NCBI GenBank assembly: GCA_964057225.1
Contig: OZ059900.1
Span: forward strand, 17,856,001 to 17,920,000
Length of the DNA stretch: 64,000 bases
DNA from: Auanema rhodensis
Lineage: Eukaryota; Animalia; Nematoda
Reading direction: 5' to 3'
Shown here: positions 34,801-49,769 of the stretch, piece by piece
Layout of the letters: each line of letters opens with the position of its first letter
How positions within the stretch are numbered: position 1 is the first letter of the stretch
Program-made: the position numbers and the translations under genes
The notes under the pieces: model-generated
Told to the model about the DNA's origin: nothing
The model's database searches: none
Seen by the model: only the letters and a program-made list of their open reading frames with translations

Positions 34801-37399
34801 TTCCAGCATAATAAAATATTTCTCATGGGAAATACTGTGTTTTTGTATTTTTATAGTGTTCAGCATGTAAAATGATTCATTTTAGTATGTAACACGCTGA
34901 AATTCGTTGCATTTGACGACTCATATGAACAAAAATCGATTTAATCAATATTAGCCATAAGGGGCGTGCCCTCAGAATATGCTAATTTCCTTAATTTTCT
35001 AACCCCTGTTTTTTTGTCGTGAAAGTGGAACTAGACGTTGTACGAACAATTTTGAGCTAGGTTTCATTGACATTGCATGAGTTTGAACACATGAAATTGT
35101 AAGTCAAAACCTTGTTTACAGCGAAAATTCCAAAAACTGGTTTCCAGTATAATAAAATATTTCTCATGGGAAATACTGTGTTTTTGTATTTTTCTAGTGT
35201 TCAGCATGTAAAATGCTTCATTTAAGTATGTAACACGCTGAAATTCGTTGCATTTGACTACTCATATGAACAAAAATCGATTTAATCAATATTAGCCATA
35301 AGGGGCGTGCCCTCAGAATATGCTAATTTCCTTAATTTTCTAACCCCTGTTTTTTTGTCGTGAAAGTGGAACTAGACGTTGTACAAACAATTTTGAGCTA
35401 GGTTTCATTGACATTGCATGAGTTTGAACACATGAAATCGTAAGTCAAAACCTTGTTTACAGCGAAATTTCCAAAAACTGGTTTTCCAGCATAATAAAAT
35501 CTTTCTCATGGGAAATACTGTGTTTTTGTATTTTTCTAGTGTTCAGCATGTAAAATACTTCATTTTAGTATGTAACACGCTGAAATATGTTGCATTTGAC
35601 GACTCATATGAACAAACATCGATTTAATCAATATTAGCCATAAGGGGCGTGCCCTCAGAATATGCTAATTTCCTTAATTTTCTAACCCCTGTTTTTTTGT
35701 CGGGAAAGTGTAACTAGACGTTGTACGAACAATTTTGAGCTAGGTTTCATTGACATTGCATGAGTTTGAACACATGAAATCGTAAGTCAAAACCTTGTTT
35801 ACAGCGAAATTTCCAAAAACTGGTTTTCCAGCATAATAAAATATTTCTTATGGGAAATACTGTGTTTTTGTATTTTTCTAGTGTTTAGCATGTAAAATAC
35901 TTCATTTTAGTATGTAACACGCTGAAATTCGTTGCATTTGACGACTCATATGCACAAAAATCGATTTAATCAATATTAGCCATAAGGGGCGTGCCCTCAG
36001 AATATGCTAATTTCCTTAATTTTCTAACCCCTGTTTTTTTGTCGTGAAAGTGTAACTAGACGTTGTACGAACAATTTTGAGCTAGGTTTCATTGACATTG
36101 CATGAGTTTGAACACATGAAATCGTAAGTCAAAACCTTGTTTACAGCGAAATTTCCAAAAACTGGTTTTCCAGCATAATAAAATATTTCTTATGGGAAAT
36201 ACTGTGTTTTTGTATTTTTCTAGTGTTCAGCATGTAAAATACTTCATTTTAGTATGTAACACGCTGAAATTCGTTGCATTTGACGACTCATATGAACAAA
36301 AATCGATTTAATCAATATTAGCCATAAGGGGCGTGCCCTCAGAATATGCTAATTTCCTAAATTTTCTAACCCCTGTTTTTTTGTCGTGAAAGTGGAACTA
36401 GACGTTGTACGAACAGTTTTGAGCTAGGTTTCATTGACATTGCATGAGTTTGAACACATGAAATCGTAAGTCAAAACCTTGTTTACAGCGAAATTTCCAA
36501 AAACTGGTTTTCCAGCATAATAAAATATTTCTCATGGGAAAAACTGTGTTTTTGTATTTTTCTAGTGTTCAGCATGTAAAATGCTTCATTTCAGTATGTA
36601 ACACGCTGAAATTCGTTGCATTTGACGACTCATATGAACAAAAATCGATTTAATCAATATTAGCCATAAGGGGCGTGCCCTCAGAATATGCTAATTTCCT
36701 TAATTTTCTAACCCCTGTTTTTTTGTCGTGAAAGTGGAACTAGACGTTGTACGAACAATTTTGAGCTAGGTTTCATTGACATTGCATGAGTTTGAACACA
36801 TGAAATCGTAAGTCAAAACCTTGTTTACAGCGAAATTTCCAAAAACTGGTTTTCCAGCATAATAAAATATTTCTTATGGGAAATACTGTGTTTTTGTATT
36901 TTTCTAGTGTTCAGCATGTAAAATACTTCATTTTAGTATGTAACACGCTGAAATTCGTTGCATTTGACGACTCATATGAACAAAAATCGATTTAATCAAT
37001 ATTAGCCATAAGGGGCGTGCCCTCAGAATATGCTAATTTCCTAAATTTTCTAACCCCTGTTTTTTTGTCGTGAAAGTGGAACTAGACGTTGTACGAACAG
37101 TTTTGAGCTAGGTTTCATTGACATTGCATGAGTTTGAACACATGAAATCGTAAGTCAAAACCTTGTTTACAGCGAAATTTCCAAAAACTGGTTTTCCAGC
37201 ATAATAAAATATTTCTCATGGGAAAAACTGTGTTTTTGTATTTTTCTAGTGTTCAGCATGTAAAATGCTTCATTTCAGTATGTAACACGCTGAAATTCGT
37301 TGCATTTGACGACTCATATGAACAAAAATCGATTTAATCAATATTAGCCATAAGGGGCGTGCCCTCAGAATATGCTAATTTCCTTAATTTTCTAACCCC

Positions 37400-40300
37400 T
37401 GTTTTTTTGTCGTGAAAGTGGAACTAGACGTTGTACGAACAATTTTGAGCTAGGTTTCATTGACATTGCATGAGTTTGAACACATGAAATCGTAAGTCAA
37501 AACCTTGTTTACAGCGAAATTTCCAAAAACTGGTTTTCCAGCATAATAAACAATTTCTTATGGGAAATACTGTGTTTTTGTATTTTTCTAGTGTTCAGCA
37601 TGTAAAATACTTCATTTTAGTATGTAACACGCTGAAATTCGTTGCATTTGACGACTCATATGAACAAAAATTGATTTAATCAATATTAGCCATAAGGGGC
37701 GTGCCCTCAGAATATGCTAATTTCCTAAATTTTCTAACCCCTGTTTTTTTGTCGTGAAAGTGGAACTAGACGTTGTACGAACAGTTTTGAGCTAGGTTTC
37801 ATTGACATTGCATGAGTTTGAACACATGAAATCGTAAGTCAAAACCTTGTTTACAGCGAAAATTCCAAAAACTGGTTTCCAGTATAATAAAATATTTCTC
37901 ATGGGAAATACTGTGTTTTTGTATTTTTCTAGTGTTCAGCATGTAAAATGCTTCATTTAAGTATGTAACACGCTGAAATTCGTTGCATTTGACGACTCAT
38001 ATGAACAAAAATCGATTTAATCAATATTAGCCATAAGGGGCGTGCCCTCAGAATATGCTAATTTCCTTAATTTTCTAACCCCTGTTTTTTTGTCGTGAAA
38101 GTGGAACTAGACGTTGTACGAACAATTTTGAGCTAGGTTTCATTGACATTGCATGAGTTTGAACACATGAAATCGTAAGTCAAAACCTTGTTTACAGCGA
38201 ACTTTCCAAAAACTGGTTTTCCAGCATAATAAAATATTTCTCATGGGAAATACTGTGTTTTTGTATTTTTCTAGTGTTCAGCATGTGAAATGCTTCATTT
38301 TAGTATGTAACAGGCTGAAATTCGTTGCATTTGACGACTCATATGAACAAAAATCGATTTAATCAATATTAGCCATAAGGGGCGTGCCCTCAGAATATGC
38401 TAATTTCCTTAATTTTCTAACCCCTGTTTTGTTGTCGTGAAAGTGGAACTAGACGTTGTAGGAACAATTTTGAGCTAGGTTTCATTGACATTGCATGAGT
38501 TTGAACACATGAAATCGTAAGTCAAAACCTTGTTTACAGCGAAATTTCCAAAAACTGGTTTTCCAGCATAATAAAATATTTCTCATGGGAAATACTGTGT
38601 TTTTGTATTTTTCTAGTGTTCAGCATGTAAAATGCTTCATTTTAGTATGTAACACGCTGAAATTCGTTGCATTTGACGACTCATATGAACAAAAATCGAT
38701 TTAATCAATATTAGCCATAAGGGGCGTGCCCTCAGAATATGCTAATTTCCTTAATTTTCTAACCCCTGTTTTTTGTCGTGAAAGTGGAACTAGACGTTGT
38801 AGGAACAATTTTGAGCTAGGTTTCATTGACATTGCATGAGTTTGAACACATGAAATCGTAAGTCAAAACCTTGTTTACAGCGAAATTTCCAAAAACTGGT
38901 TTTCCAGCATAATAAAATATTTCTCATGGGAAATACTGTGTTTTTGTATTTTTATAGTGTTCAGCATGTAAAATGCTTCATTTTAGTATGTAACACGCTG
39001 AAATTCGTTGCATTTGACGACTCATATGAACAAAAATCGATTTAATCAATATTAGCCATAAGGGGCGTGCCCTCAGAATATGCTAATTTCCTAAATTTTC
39101 TAACCCCTGTTTTTTTGTCGTGAAAGTGGAACTAGACGTTGTACAAACAATTTTGAGCTAGGTTTCATTGACATTGCATGAGTTTGAACACATGAAATCG
39201 TAAGTCAAAACCTTGTTTACAGCGAAATTTCCAAAAACTGGTTTTCCAGCATAATAAAATATTTCTCATGGGAAATACTGTGTTTTTGTATTTTTCTAGT
39301 GTTTAGCATGTAAAATACTTCATTTTAGTATGTAACACGCTGAAATTCGTTGCATTTGACGACTCATATGCACAAAAATCGATTTAATCAATATTAGCCA
39401 TAAGGGGCGTGCCCTCAGAATATGCTAATTTCCTTAATTTTCTAACCCCTGTTTTTTTGTCGTGAAAGTGTAACTAGACGTTGTACGAACAATTTTGAGC
39501 TAGGTTTCATTGACATTGCATGAGTTTGAACACATGAAATCGTAAGTCAAAACCTTGTTTACAGCGAAATTTCCAAAAACTGGTTTTCCAGCATAATAAA
39601 ATATTTCTTATGGGAAATACTGTGTTTTTGTATTTTTCTAGTGTTCAGCATGTAAAATACTTCATTTTAGTATGTAACACGCTGAAATTCGTTGCATTTG
39701 ACGACTCATATGAACAAAAATCGATTTAATCAATATTAGCCATAAGGGGCGTGCCCTCAGAATATGCTAATTTCCTAAATTTTCTAACCCCTGTTTTTTT
39801 GTCGTGAAAGTGGAACTAGACGTTGTACGAACAGTTTTGAGCTAGGTTTCATTGACATTGCATGAGTTTGAACACATGAAATCGTAAGTCAAAACCTTGT
39901 TTACAGCGAAATTTCCAAAAACTGGTTTTCCAGCATAATAAACAATTTCTTATGGGAAATACTGTGTTTTTGTATTTTTCTAGTGTTCAGCATGTAAAAT
40001 ACTTCATTTTAGTATGTAACACGCTGAAATTCGTTGCATTTGACGACTCATATGAACAAAAATCGATTTAATCAATATTAGCCATAAGGGGCGTGCCCTC
40101 AGAATATGCTAATTTCCTAAATTTTCTAACCCCTGTTTTTTTGTCGTGAAAGTGGAACTAGACGTTGTACGAACAGTTTTGAGCTAGGTTTCATTGACAT
40201 TGCATGAGTTTGAACACATGAAATCGTAAGTCAAAACCTTGTTTACAGCGAAATTTCCAAAAACTGGTTTTCCAGCATAATAAACAATTTCTTATGGGAA

Positions 40301-43000
40301 ATACTGTGTTTTTGTATTTTTCTAGTGTTCAGCATGTAAAATACTTCATTTTAGTATGTAACACGCTGAAATTCGTTGCATTTGACGACTCATATGAACA
40401 AAAATTGATTTAATCAATATTAGCCATAAGGGGCGTGCCCTCAGAATATGCTAATTTCCTAAATTTTCTAACCCCTGTTTTTTTGTCGTGAAAGTGGAAC
40501 TAGACGTTGTACGAACAGTTTTGAGCTAGGTTTCATTGACATTGCATGAGTTTGAACACATGAAATCGTAAGTCAAAACCTTGTTTACAGCGAAAATTCC
40601 AAAAACTGGTTTCCAGTATAATAAAATATTTCTCATGGGAAATACTGTGTTTTTGTATTTTTCTAGTGTTCAGCATGTAAAATGCTTCATTTAAGTATGT
40701 AACACGCTGAAATTCGTTGCATTTGACGACTCATATGAACAAAAATCGATTTAATCAATATTAGCCATAAGGGGCGTGCCCTCAGAATATGCTAATTTCC
40801 TTAATTTTCTAACCCCTGTTTTTTTGTCGTGAAAGTGGAACTAGACGTTGTACGAACAATTTTGAGCTAGGTTTCATTGACATTGCATGAGTTTGAACAC
40901 ATGAAATCGTAAGTCAAAACCTTGTTTACAGCGAACTTTCCAAAAACTGGTTTTCCAGCATAATAAAATATTTCTCATGGGAAATACTGTGTTTTTGTAT
41001 TTTTCTAGTGTTCAGCATGTGAAATGCTTCATTTTAGTATGTAACAGGCTGAAATTCGTTGCATTTGACGACTCATATGAACAAAAATCGATTTAATCAA
41101 TATTAGCCATAAGGGGCGTGCCCTCAGAATATGCTAATTTCCTTAATTTTCTAACCCCTGTTTTGTTGTCGTGAAAGTGGAACTAGACGTTGTAGGAACA
41201 ATTTTGAGCTAGGTTTCATTGACATTGCATGAGTTTGAACACATGAAATCGTAAGTCAAAACCTTGTTTACAGCGAAATTTCCAAAAACTGGTTTTCCAG
41301 CATAATAAAATATTTCTCATGGGAAATACTGTGTTTTTGTATTTTTCTAGTGTTCAGCATGTAAAATGCTTCATTTTAGTATGTAACACGCTGAAATTCG
41401 TTGCATTTGACGACTCATATGAACAAAAATCGATTTAATCAATATTAGCCATAAGGGGCGTGCCCTCAGAATATGCTAATTTCCTTAATTTTCTAACCCC
41501 TGTTTTTTGTCGTGAAAGTGGAACTAGACGTTGTAGGAACAATTTTGAGCTAGGTTTCATTGACATTGCATGAGTTTGAACACATGAAATCGTAAGTCAA
41601 AACCTTGTTTACAGCGAAATTTCCAAAAACTGGTTTTCCAGCATAATAAAATATTTCTCATGGGAAATACTGTGTTTTTGTATTTTTATAGTGTTCAGCA
41701 TGTAAAATGCTTCATTTTAGTATGTAACACGCTGAAATTCGTTGCATTTGACGACTCATATGAACAAAAATCGATTTAATCAATATTAGCCATAAGGGGC
41801 GTGCCCTCAGAATATGCTAATTTCCTAAATTTTCTAACCCCTGTTTTTTTGTCGTGAAAGTGGAACTAGACGTTGTACAAACAATTTTGAGCTAGGTTTC
41901 ATTGACATTGCATGAGTTTGAACACATGAAATCGTAAGTCAAAACCTTGTTTACAGCGAAATTTCCAAAAACTGGTTTTCCAGCATAATAAAATATTTCT
42001 CATGGGAAATACTGTGTTTTTGTATTTTTCTAGTGTTTAGCATGTAAAATACTTCATTTTAGTATGTAACACGCTGAAATTCGTTGCATTTGACGACTCA
42101 TATGCACAAAAATCGATTTAATCAATATTAGCCATAAGGGGCGTGCCCTCAGAATATGCTAATTTCCTTAATTTTCTAACCCCTGTTTTTTTGTCGTGAA
42201 AGTGTAACTAGACGTTGTACGAACAATTTTGAGCTAGGTTTCATTGACATTGCATGAGTTTGAACACATGAAATCGTAAGTCAAAACCTTGTTTACAGCG
42301 AAATTTCCAAAAACTGGTTTTCCAGCATAATAAAATATTTCTTATGGGAAATACTGTGTTTTTGTATTTTTCTAGTGTTCAGCATGTAAAATACTTCATT
42401 TTAGTATGTAACACGCTGAAATTCGTTGCATTTGACGACTCATATGAACAAAAATCGATTTAATCAATATTAGCCATAAGGGGCGTGCCCTCAGAATATG
42501 CTAATTTCCTAAATTTTCTAACCCCTGTTTTTTTGTCGTGAAAGTGGAACTAGACGTTGTACGAACAGTTTTGAGCTAGGTTTCATTGACATTGCATGAG
42601 TTTGAACACATGAAATCGTAAGTCAAAACCTTGTTTACAGCGAAATTTCCAAAAACTGGTTTTCCAGCATAATAAACAATTTCTTATGGGAAATACTGTG
42701 TTTTTGTATTTTTCTAGTGTTCAGCATGTAAAATACTTCATTTTAGTATGTAACACGCTGAAATTCGTTGCATTTGACGACTCATATGAACAAAAATCGA
42801 TTTAATCAATATTAGCCATAAGGGGCGTGCCCTCAGAATATGCTAATTTCCTAAATTTTCTAACCCCTGTTTTTTTGTCGTGAAAGTGGAACTAGACGTT
42901 GTACGAACAGTTTTGAGCTAGGTTTCATTGACATTGCATGAGTTTGAACACATGAAATCGTAAGTCAAAACCTTGTTTACAGCGAAATTTCCAAAAACTG
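37400..43000 (-). repeat. 8-monomer (2734 bp) tandem duplication
   Basis: CAGGCTG 38311/41045; AAACAATT 37551/40285 and 39943/42677; TGCACAA ~39370/~42104; AAATTGATT ~37671/~40405. Confidence 0.88.
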
Positions 43001-44499
43001 GTTTTCCAGCATAATAAAATATTTCTCATGGGAAATACTGTGTTTTTGTATTTTTATAGTGTTCAGCATGTAAAATGCTTCACTTTAGTATGTAACACGC
43101 TGAAATTCGTTGCATTTGACGACTCATATGAACAAAAATCGATTTAATCAATATTAGCCATAAGGGGCGTGCCCTCAGAATATGCTAATTTCCTTAATTT
43201 TCTAACCCCTGTTTTTTTGTCGTGAAAGTGGAACTAGACGTTGTAGGAACAGTTTTGAGCTAGGTTTCATTGACATTGCATGAGTTTGAACACATGAAAT
43301 CGTAAGTCAAAACCTTGTTTACAGCGAAATTTCCAAAAAGTGGGTTTCCAGCATAATAAAATATTTCTCATGGGAAATACTGTGTTTTTGTATTTTTCTA
43401 GTGTTCAGCATGTAAAATGCTTCATTTTAGTATGTAACACGCTGAAATTCGTTGCATTTGACGACTCATATGAACAAAAATCGATTTAATCAATATTAGC
43501 CATAAGGGGCGTGCCCTCAGAATATGCTAATTTCCTTAATTTTCTAACCCCTGTTTTTTGTCGTGAAAGTGGAACTAGACGTTGTAGGAACAATTTTGAG
43601 CTAGGTTTCATTGACATTGCATGAGTTTGAACACATGAAATCGTAAGTCAAAACCTTGTTTACAGCGAAATTTCCAAAAACTGGTTTTCCAGCATAATAA
43701 AATATTTCTCATGGGAAATACTGTGTTTTTGTACTTTTCTAGTGTTCAGCATGTAAAATACTTCATTTTAGTATGTAACACGCTGAAATTCGTTGCATTT
43801 GACGACTCATATGAACAAAAATCGATTTAATCAATATTAGCCATAAGGGGCGTGCCCTCAGAATATGCTAATTTCCTAAATTTTCTAACCCCTGTTTTTT
43901 TGTCGTGAAAGTGGAACTAGACGTTGTACGAACAATTTTGAGCTAGGTTTCATTGACATTGCATGAGTTTGAACACATGAAATCGTAAGTCATAACCTTG
44001 TTTACAGCGAAATTTCCAAAAACTGGTTTTCCAGCATAATAAAATATTTCTTATGGGAAATACTGTGTTTTTGTATTTTTCTAGTGTTCAGCATGTAAAA
44101 TACTTCATTTTAGTATGTAACACGCTGAAATTCGTTGCATTTGACGACTCATATGAACAAAAATCGATTTAATCAATATTAGCCATAAGGGGCGTGCCCT
44201 CAGAATATGCTAATTTCCTTAATTTTCTAACCCCTGTTTTTTTGTCGTGAAAGTGTAACTAGACGTTGTACGAACAATTTTGAGCTAGGTTTCATTGACA
44301 TTGCATGAGTTTGAACACATGAAATCGTAAGTCAAAACCTTGTTTACAGCGAAATTTCCAAAAACTGGTTTTCCAGCATAATAAAATATTTCTTATGGGA
44401 AATACTGTGTTTTTGTATTTTTCTAGTGTTCAGCATGTAAAATACTTCATTTTAGTATGTAACACGCTGAAATTCGTTGCATTTGACGACTCATATGAA

Positions 44500-47400
44500 C
44501 AAAAATCGATTTAATCAATATTAGCCATAAGGGGCGTGCCCTCAGAATATGCTAATTTCCTAAATTTTCTAACCCCTGTTTTTTTGTCGTGAAAGTGGAA
44601 CTAGACGTTGTACGAACAGTTTTGAGCTAGGTTTCATTGACATTGCATGAGTTTGAACACATGAAATCGTAAGTCAAAACCTTGTTTACAGCGAAATTTC
44701 CAAAAACTGGTTTTCCAGCATAATAAAATATTTCTCATGGGAAAAACTGTGTTTTTGTATTTTTCTAGTGTTCAGCATGTAAAATGCTTCATTTCAGTAT
44801 GTAACACGCTGAAATTCGTTGCATTTGACGACTCATATGAACAAAAATCGATTTAATCAATATTAGCCATAAGGGGCGTGCCCTCAGAATATGCTAATTT
44901 CCTTAATTTTCTAACCCCTGTTTTTTTGTCGTGAAAGTGGAACTAGACGTTGTACGAACAATTTTGAGCTAGGTTTCATTGACATTGCATGAGTTTGAAC
45001 ACATGAAATCGTAAGTCAAAACCTTGTTTACAGCGAAATTTCCAAAAACTGGTTTTCCAGCATAATAAACAATTTCTTATGGGAAATACTGTGTTTTTGT
45101 ATTTTTCTAGTGTTCAGCATGTAAAATACTTCATTTTAGTATGTAACACGCTGAAATTCGTTGCATTTGACGACTCATATGAACAAAAATCGATTTAATC
45201 AATATTAGCCATAAGGGGCGTGCCCTCAGAATATGCTAATTTCCTAAATTTTCTAACCCCTGTTTTTTTGTCGTGAAAGTGGAACTAGACGTTGTACGAA
45301 CAGTTTTGAGCTAGGTTTCATTGACATTGCATGAGTTTGAACACATGAAATCGTAAGTCAAAACCTTGTTTACAGCGAAATTTCCAAAAACTGGTTTTCC
45401 AGCATAATAAAATATTTCTCATGGGAAATACTGTGTTTTTGTATTTTTATAGTGTTCAGCATGTAAAATGCTTCACTTTAGTATGTAACACGCTGAAATT
45501 CGTTGCATTTGACGACTCATATGAACAAAAATCGATTTAATCAATATTAGCCATAAGGGTCGTGCCCTCAGAATATGCTAATTTCCTTAATTTTCTAACC
45601 CCTGTTTTTTTGTCGTGAAAGTGGAACTAGACGTTGTAGGAACAGTTTTGAGCTAGGTTTCATTGACATTGCATGAGTTTGAACACATGAAATCGTAAGT
45701 CAAAACCTTGTTTACAGCGAAATTTCCAAAAAGTGGGTTTCCAGCATAATAAAATATTTCTCATGGGAAATACTGTGTTTTTGTATTTTTCTAGTGTTCA
45801 GCATGTAAAATGCTTCATTTTAGTATGTAACACGCTGAAATTCGTTGCATTTGACGACTCATATGAACAAAAATCGATTTAATCAATATTAGCCATAAGG
45901 GGCGTGCCTTCAGAATATGCTAATTTCCTTAATTTTCTAACCCCTGTTTTTTGTCGTGAAAGTGGAACTAGACTTGTAGGAACAATTTTGAGCTAGGTTT
46001 CATTGACATTGCATGAGTTTGAACACATGAAATCGTAAGTCAAAACCTTGTTTACAGCGAAATTTCCAAAAACTGGTTTTCCAGCATAATAAAATATTTC
46101 TCATGGGAAATACTGTGTTTTTGTACTTTTCTAGTGTTCAGCATGTAAAATACTTCATTTTAGTATGTAACACGCTGAAATTCGTTGCATTTGACGACTC
46201 ATATGAACAAAAATCGATTTAATCAATATTAGCCATAAGGGGCGTGCCCTCAGAATATGCTAATTTCCTAAATTTTCTAACCCCTGTTTTTTTGTCGTGA
46301 AAGTGGAACTAGACGTTGTACGAACAGTTTTGAGCTAGGTTTCATTGACATTGCATGAGTTTGAACACATGAAATCGTAAGTCAAAACCTTGTTTACAGC
46401 GAAATTTCCAAAAACTGGTTTTCCAGCATAATAAAATATTTCTCATGGGAAAAACTGTGTTTTTGTATTTTTCTAGTGTTCAGCATGTAAAATGCTTCAT
46501 TTCAGTATGTAACACGCTGAAATTCGTTGCATTTGACGACTCATATGAACAAAAATCGATTTAATCAATATTAGCCATAAGGGGCGTGCCCTCAGAATAT
46601 GCTAATTTCCTTAATTTTCTAACCCCTGTTTTTTTGTCGTGAAAGTGGAACTAGACGTTGTACGAACAATTTTGAGCTAGGTTTCATTGACATTGCATGA
46701 GTTTGAACACATGAAATCGTAAGTCAAAACCTTGTTTACAGCGAAATTTCCAAAAACTGGTTTTCCAGCATAATAAACAATTTCTTATGGGAAATACTGT
46801 GTTTTTGTATTTTTCTAGTGTTCAGCATGTAAAATACTTCATTTTAGTATGTAACACGCTGAAATTCGTTGCATTTGACGACTCATATGAACAAAAATCG
46901 ATTTAATCAATATTAGCCATAAGGGGCGTGCCCTCAGAATATGCTAATTTCCTAAATTTTCTAACCCCTGTTTTTTTGTCGTGAAAGTGGAACTAGACGT
47001 TGTACGAACAGTTTTGAGCTAGGTTTCATTGACATTGCATGAGTTTGAACACATGAAATCGTAAGTCAAAACCTTGTTTACAGCGAAATTTCCAAAAACT
47101 GGTTTTCCAGCATAATAAAATATTTCTCATGGGAAATACTGTGTTTTTGTATTTTTATAGTGTTCAGCATGTAAAATGCTTCACTTTAGTATGTAACACG
47201 CTGAAATTCGTTGCATTTGACGACTCATATGAACAAAAATCGATTTAATCAATATTAGCCATAAGGGTCGTGCCCTCAGAATATGCTAATTTCCTTAATT
47301 TTCTAACCCCTGTTTTTTTGTCGTGAAAGTGGAACTAGACGTTGTAGGAACAGTTTTGAGCTAGGTTTCATTGACATTGCATGAGTTTGAACACATGAAA

Positions 47401-47950
47401 TCGTAAGTCAAAACCTTGTTTACAGCGAAATTTCCAAAAAGTGGGTTTCCAGCATAATAAAATATTTCTCATGGGAAATACTGTGTTTTTGTATTTTTCT
47501 AGTGTTCAGCATGTAAAATGCTTCATTTTAGTATGTAACACGCTGAAATTCGTTGCATTTGACGACTCATATGAACAAAAATCGATTTAATCAATATTAG
47601 CCATAAGGGGCGTGCCCTCAGAATATGCTAATTTCCTTAATTTTCTAACCCCTGTTTTTTGTCGTGAAAGTGGAACTAGACTTGTAGGAACAATTTTGAG
47701 CTAGGTTTCATTGACATTGCATGAGTTTGAACACATGAAATCGTAAGTCAAAACCTTGTTTACAGCGAAATTTCCAAAAACTGGTTTTCCAGCATAATAA
47801 AATATTTCTCATGGGAAATACTGTGTTTTTGTACTTTTCTAGTGTTCAGCATGTAAAATACTTCATTTTAGTATGTAACACGCTGAAATTCGTTGCATTT
47901 GACGACTCATATGAACAAAAATCGATTTAATCAATATTAGCCATAAGGGG
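44500..47950 (-). repeat. 5-monomer (~1708 bp) tandem duplication
   Basis: AAGTGGGTTT ~45731/~47439; GACTTGTAGG (G deletion) 45971/47679; TTCACTTT and GTACTTTT markers at the same offset. Confidence 0.85.
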
Positions 47951-49769
47951 CGTGCCCTCAGAATATGCTAATTTCCTAAATTTTCTAACCCCTGTTTTTT
48001 TGTCGTGAAAGTGGAACTAGACGTTGTACGAACAATTTTGAGCTAGGTTTCATTGACATTGCATGAGTTTGAACACATGAAATCGTAAGTCATAACCTTG
48101 TTTACAGCGAAATTTCCAAAAACTGGTTTTCCAGCATAATAAAATATTTCTCATGGGAAATACTGTGTTTTTGTATTTTTCTAGTGTTCAGCATGTAAAA
48201 TACTTCAGTTTAGTTTGTAACACGCTGAAATTCGTTGCATTTGACGACTTATATGAACAAAAATCGATTTAATCAATATTAGCCATAAGGGGCGTGCCCT
48301 CAGAATATGCTAATTTCCTAAATTTTCTAACCCCTGTTTTTTTGTCGTGAAAGTGGAACTAGACGTTGTACGAACAATTTTGAGCTAGGTTTTATTGACA
48401 TTGCATGAGTTTGAACACATGAAATCGTAAGTCAAAACCTTGTTTACAGCGAAAATTCCAAAAACTGGTTTCCAGCATAATAAAATATTTCTCATGGGAA
48501 ATACTGTGTTTTTGTATTTTTCTAGTGTTCAGCATGTAAAATGCTTCATTTAAGTATGTAACACGCTGAAATTCGTTGCATTTGACTACTCATATGAACA
48601 AAAATCGATTTAATCAATATTAGCCATAAGGGGCGTGCCCTCAGAATATGCTAATTTCCTTAATTTTCTAACCCCTGTTTTTTTGTCGTGAAAGTGGAAC
48701 TAGACGTTGTACGAACAATTTTGAGCTAGGTTTCATTGACATTGCATGAGTTTGAACACATGAAATCGTAAGTCAAAATCTTGTTTACAGCGAAATTTCC
48801 AAAAACTGGTTTTCCAGCATAATAAAATATTTCTTATGGGAAATACTGTGTTTTTGTATTTCTCTAGTGTTCAGCATGTAAAATACTTCATTTTAGTATG
48901 TAACACGCTGAAATTCGTTGCATTTGACGACTCATATGAACAAAAATCGATTTAATCAATATTAGCCATAAGGGGCGTGCCCTCAGAATATGCTAATTTC
49001 CTTAATTTTCTAACCCCTGTTTTTTTGTCGTGAAAGTGGAACTAGACGTTGTACGAACAGTTTTGAGCTAGGTTTCATTGACATTGCATGAGTTTGAACA
49101 CATGAAATCGTAAGTCAAAACCTTGTTTACAGCGAAATTTCCAAAAACTGGTTTTCCAGCATAATAAAATATTTCTCATGGGAAAAACTGTGTTTTTGTA
49201 TTTTTCTAGTGTTCAGCATGTAAAATGCTTCATTTTAGTATGTAACACGCTGAAATTCGTTGCATTTGACGACTCATATGAACAAAAATCGATTTAATCA
49301 ATATTAGCCATAAGGGGCGTGCCCTCAGAATATGCTAATTTCCTTAATTTTCTAACCCCTGTTTTTTGTCGTGAAAGTGGAACTAGACGTTGTACGAACA
49401 ATTTTGAGCTAGGTTTCATTGACATTGCATGAGTTTGAACTCATGAAATCGTAAGTCAAAACCTTGTTTACAGCGAAATTTCCAAAAACTGGTTTTCCAG
49501 CATAATAAAATATTTCTCATGGGAAATACTGTGTTTTTGTACTTTTCTAGTGTTCAGCATGTAAAATACTTCATTTTAGTATGTAACACGCTGAAATTCG
49601 TTGCATTTGACGACTCATATGAACAAAAATCGATTTAATCAATATTAGCCATAAGGGGCGTGCCCTCAGAATATGCTAATTTCCTAAATTTTCTAACCCC
49701 TGTTTTTTTGTCGTGAAAGTGGAACTAGACGTTGTACGAACAATTTTGAGCTAGGTTTTATTGACATTG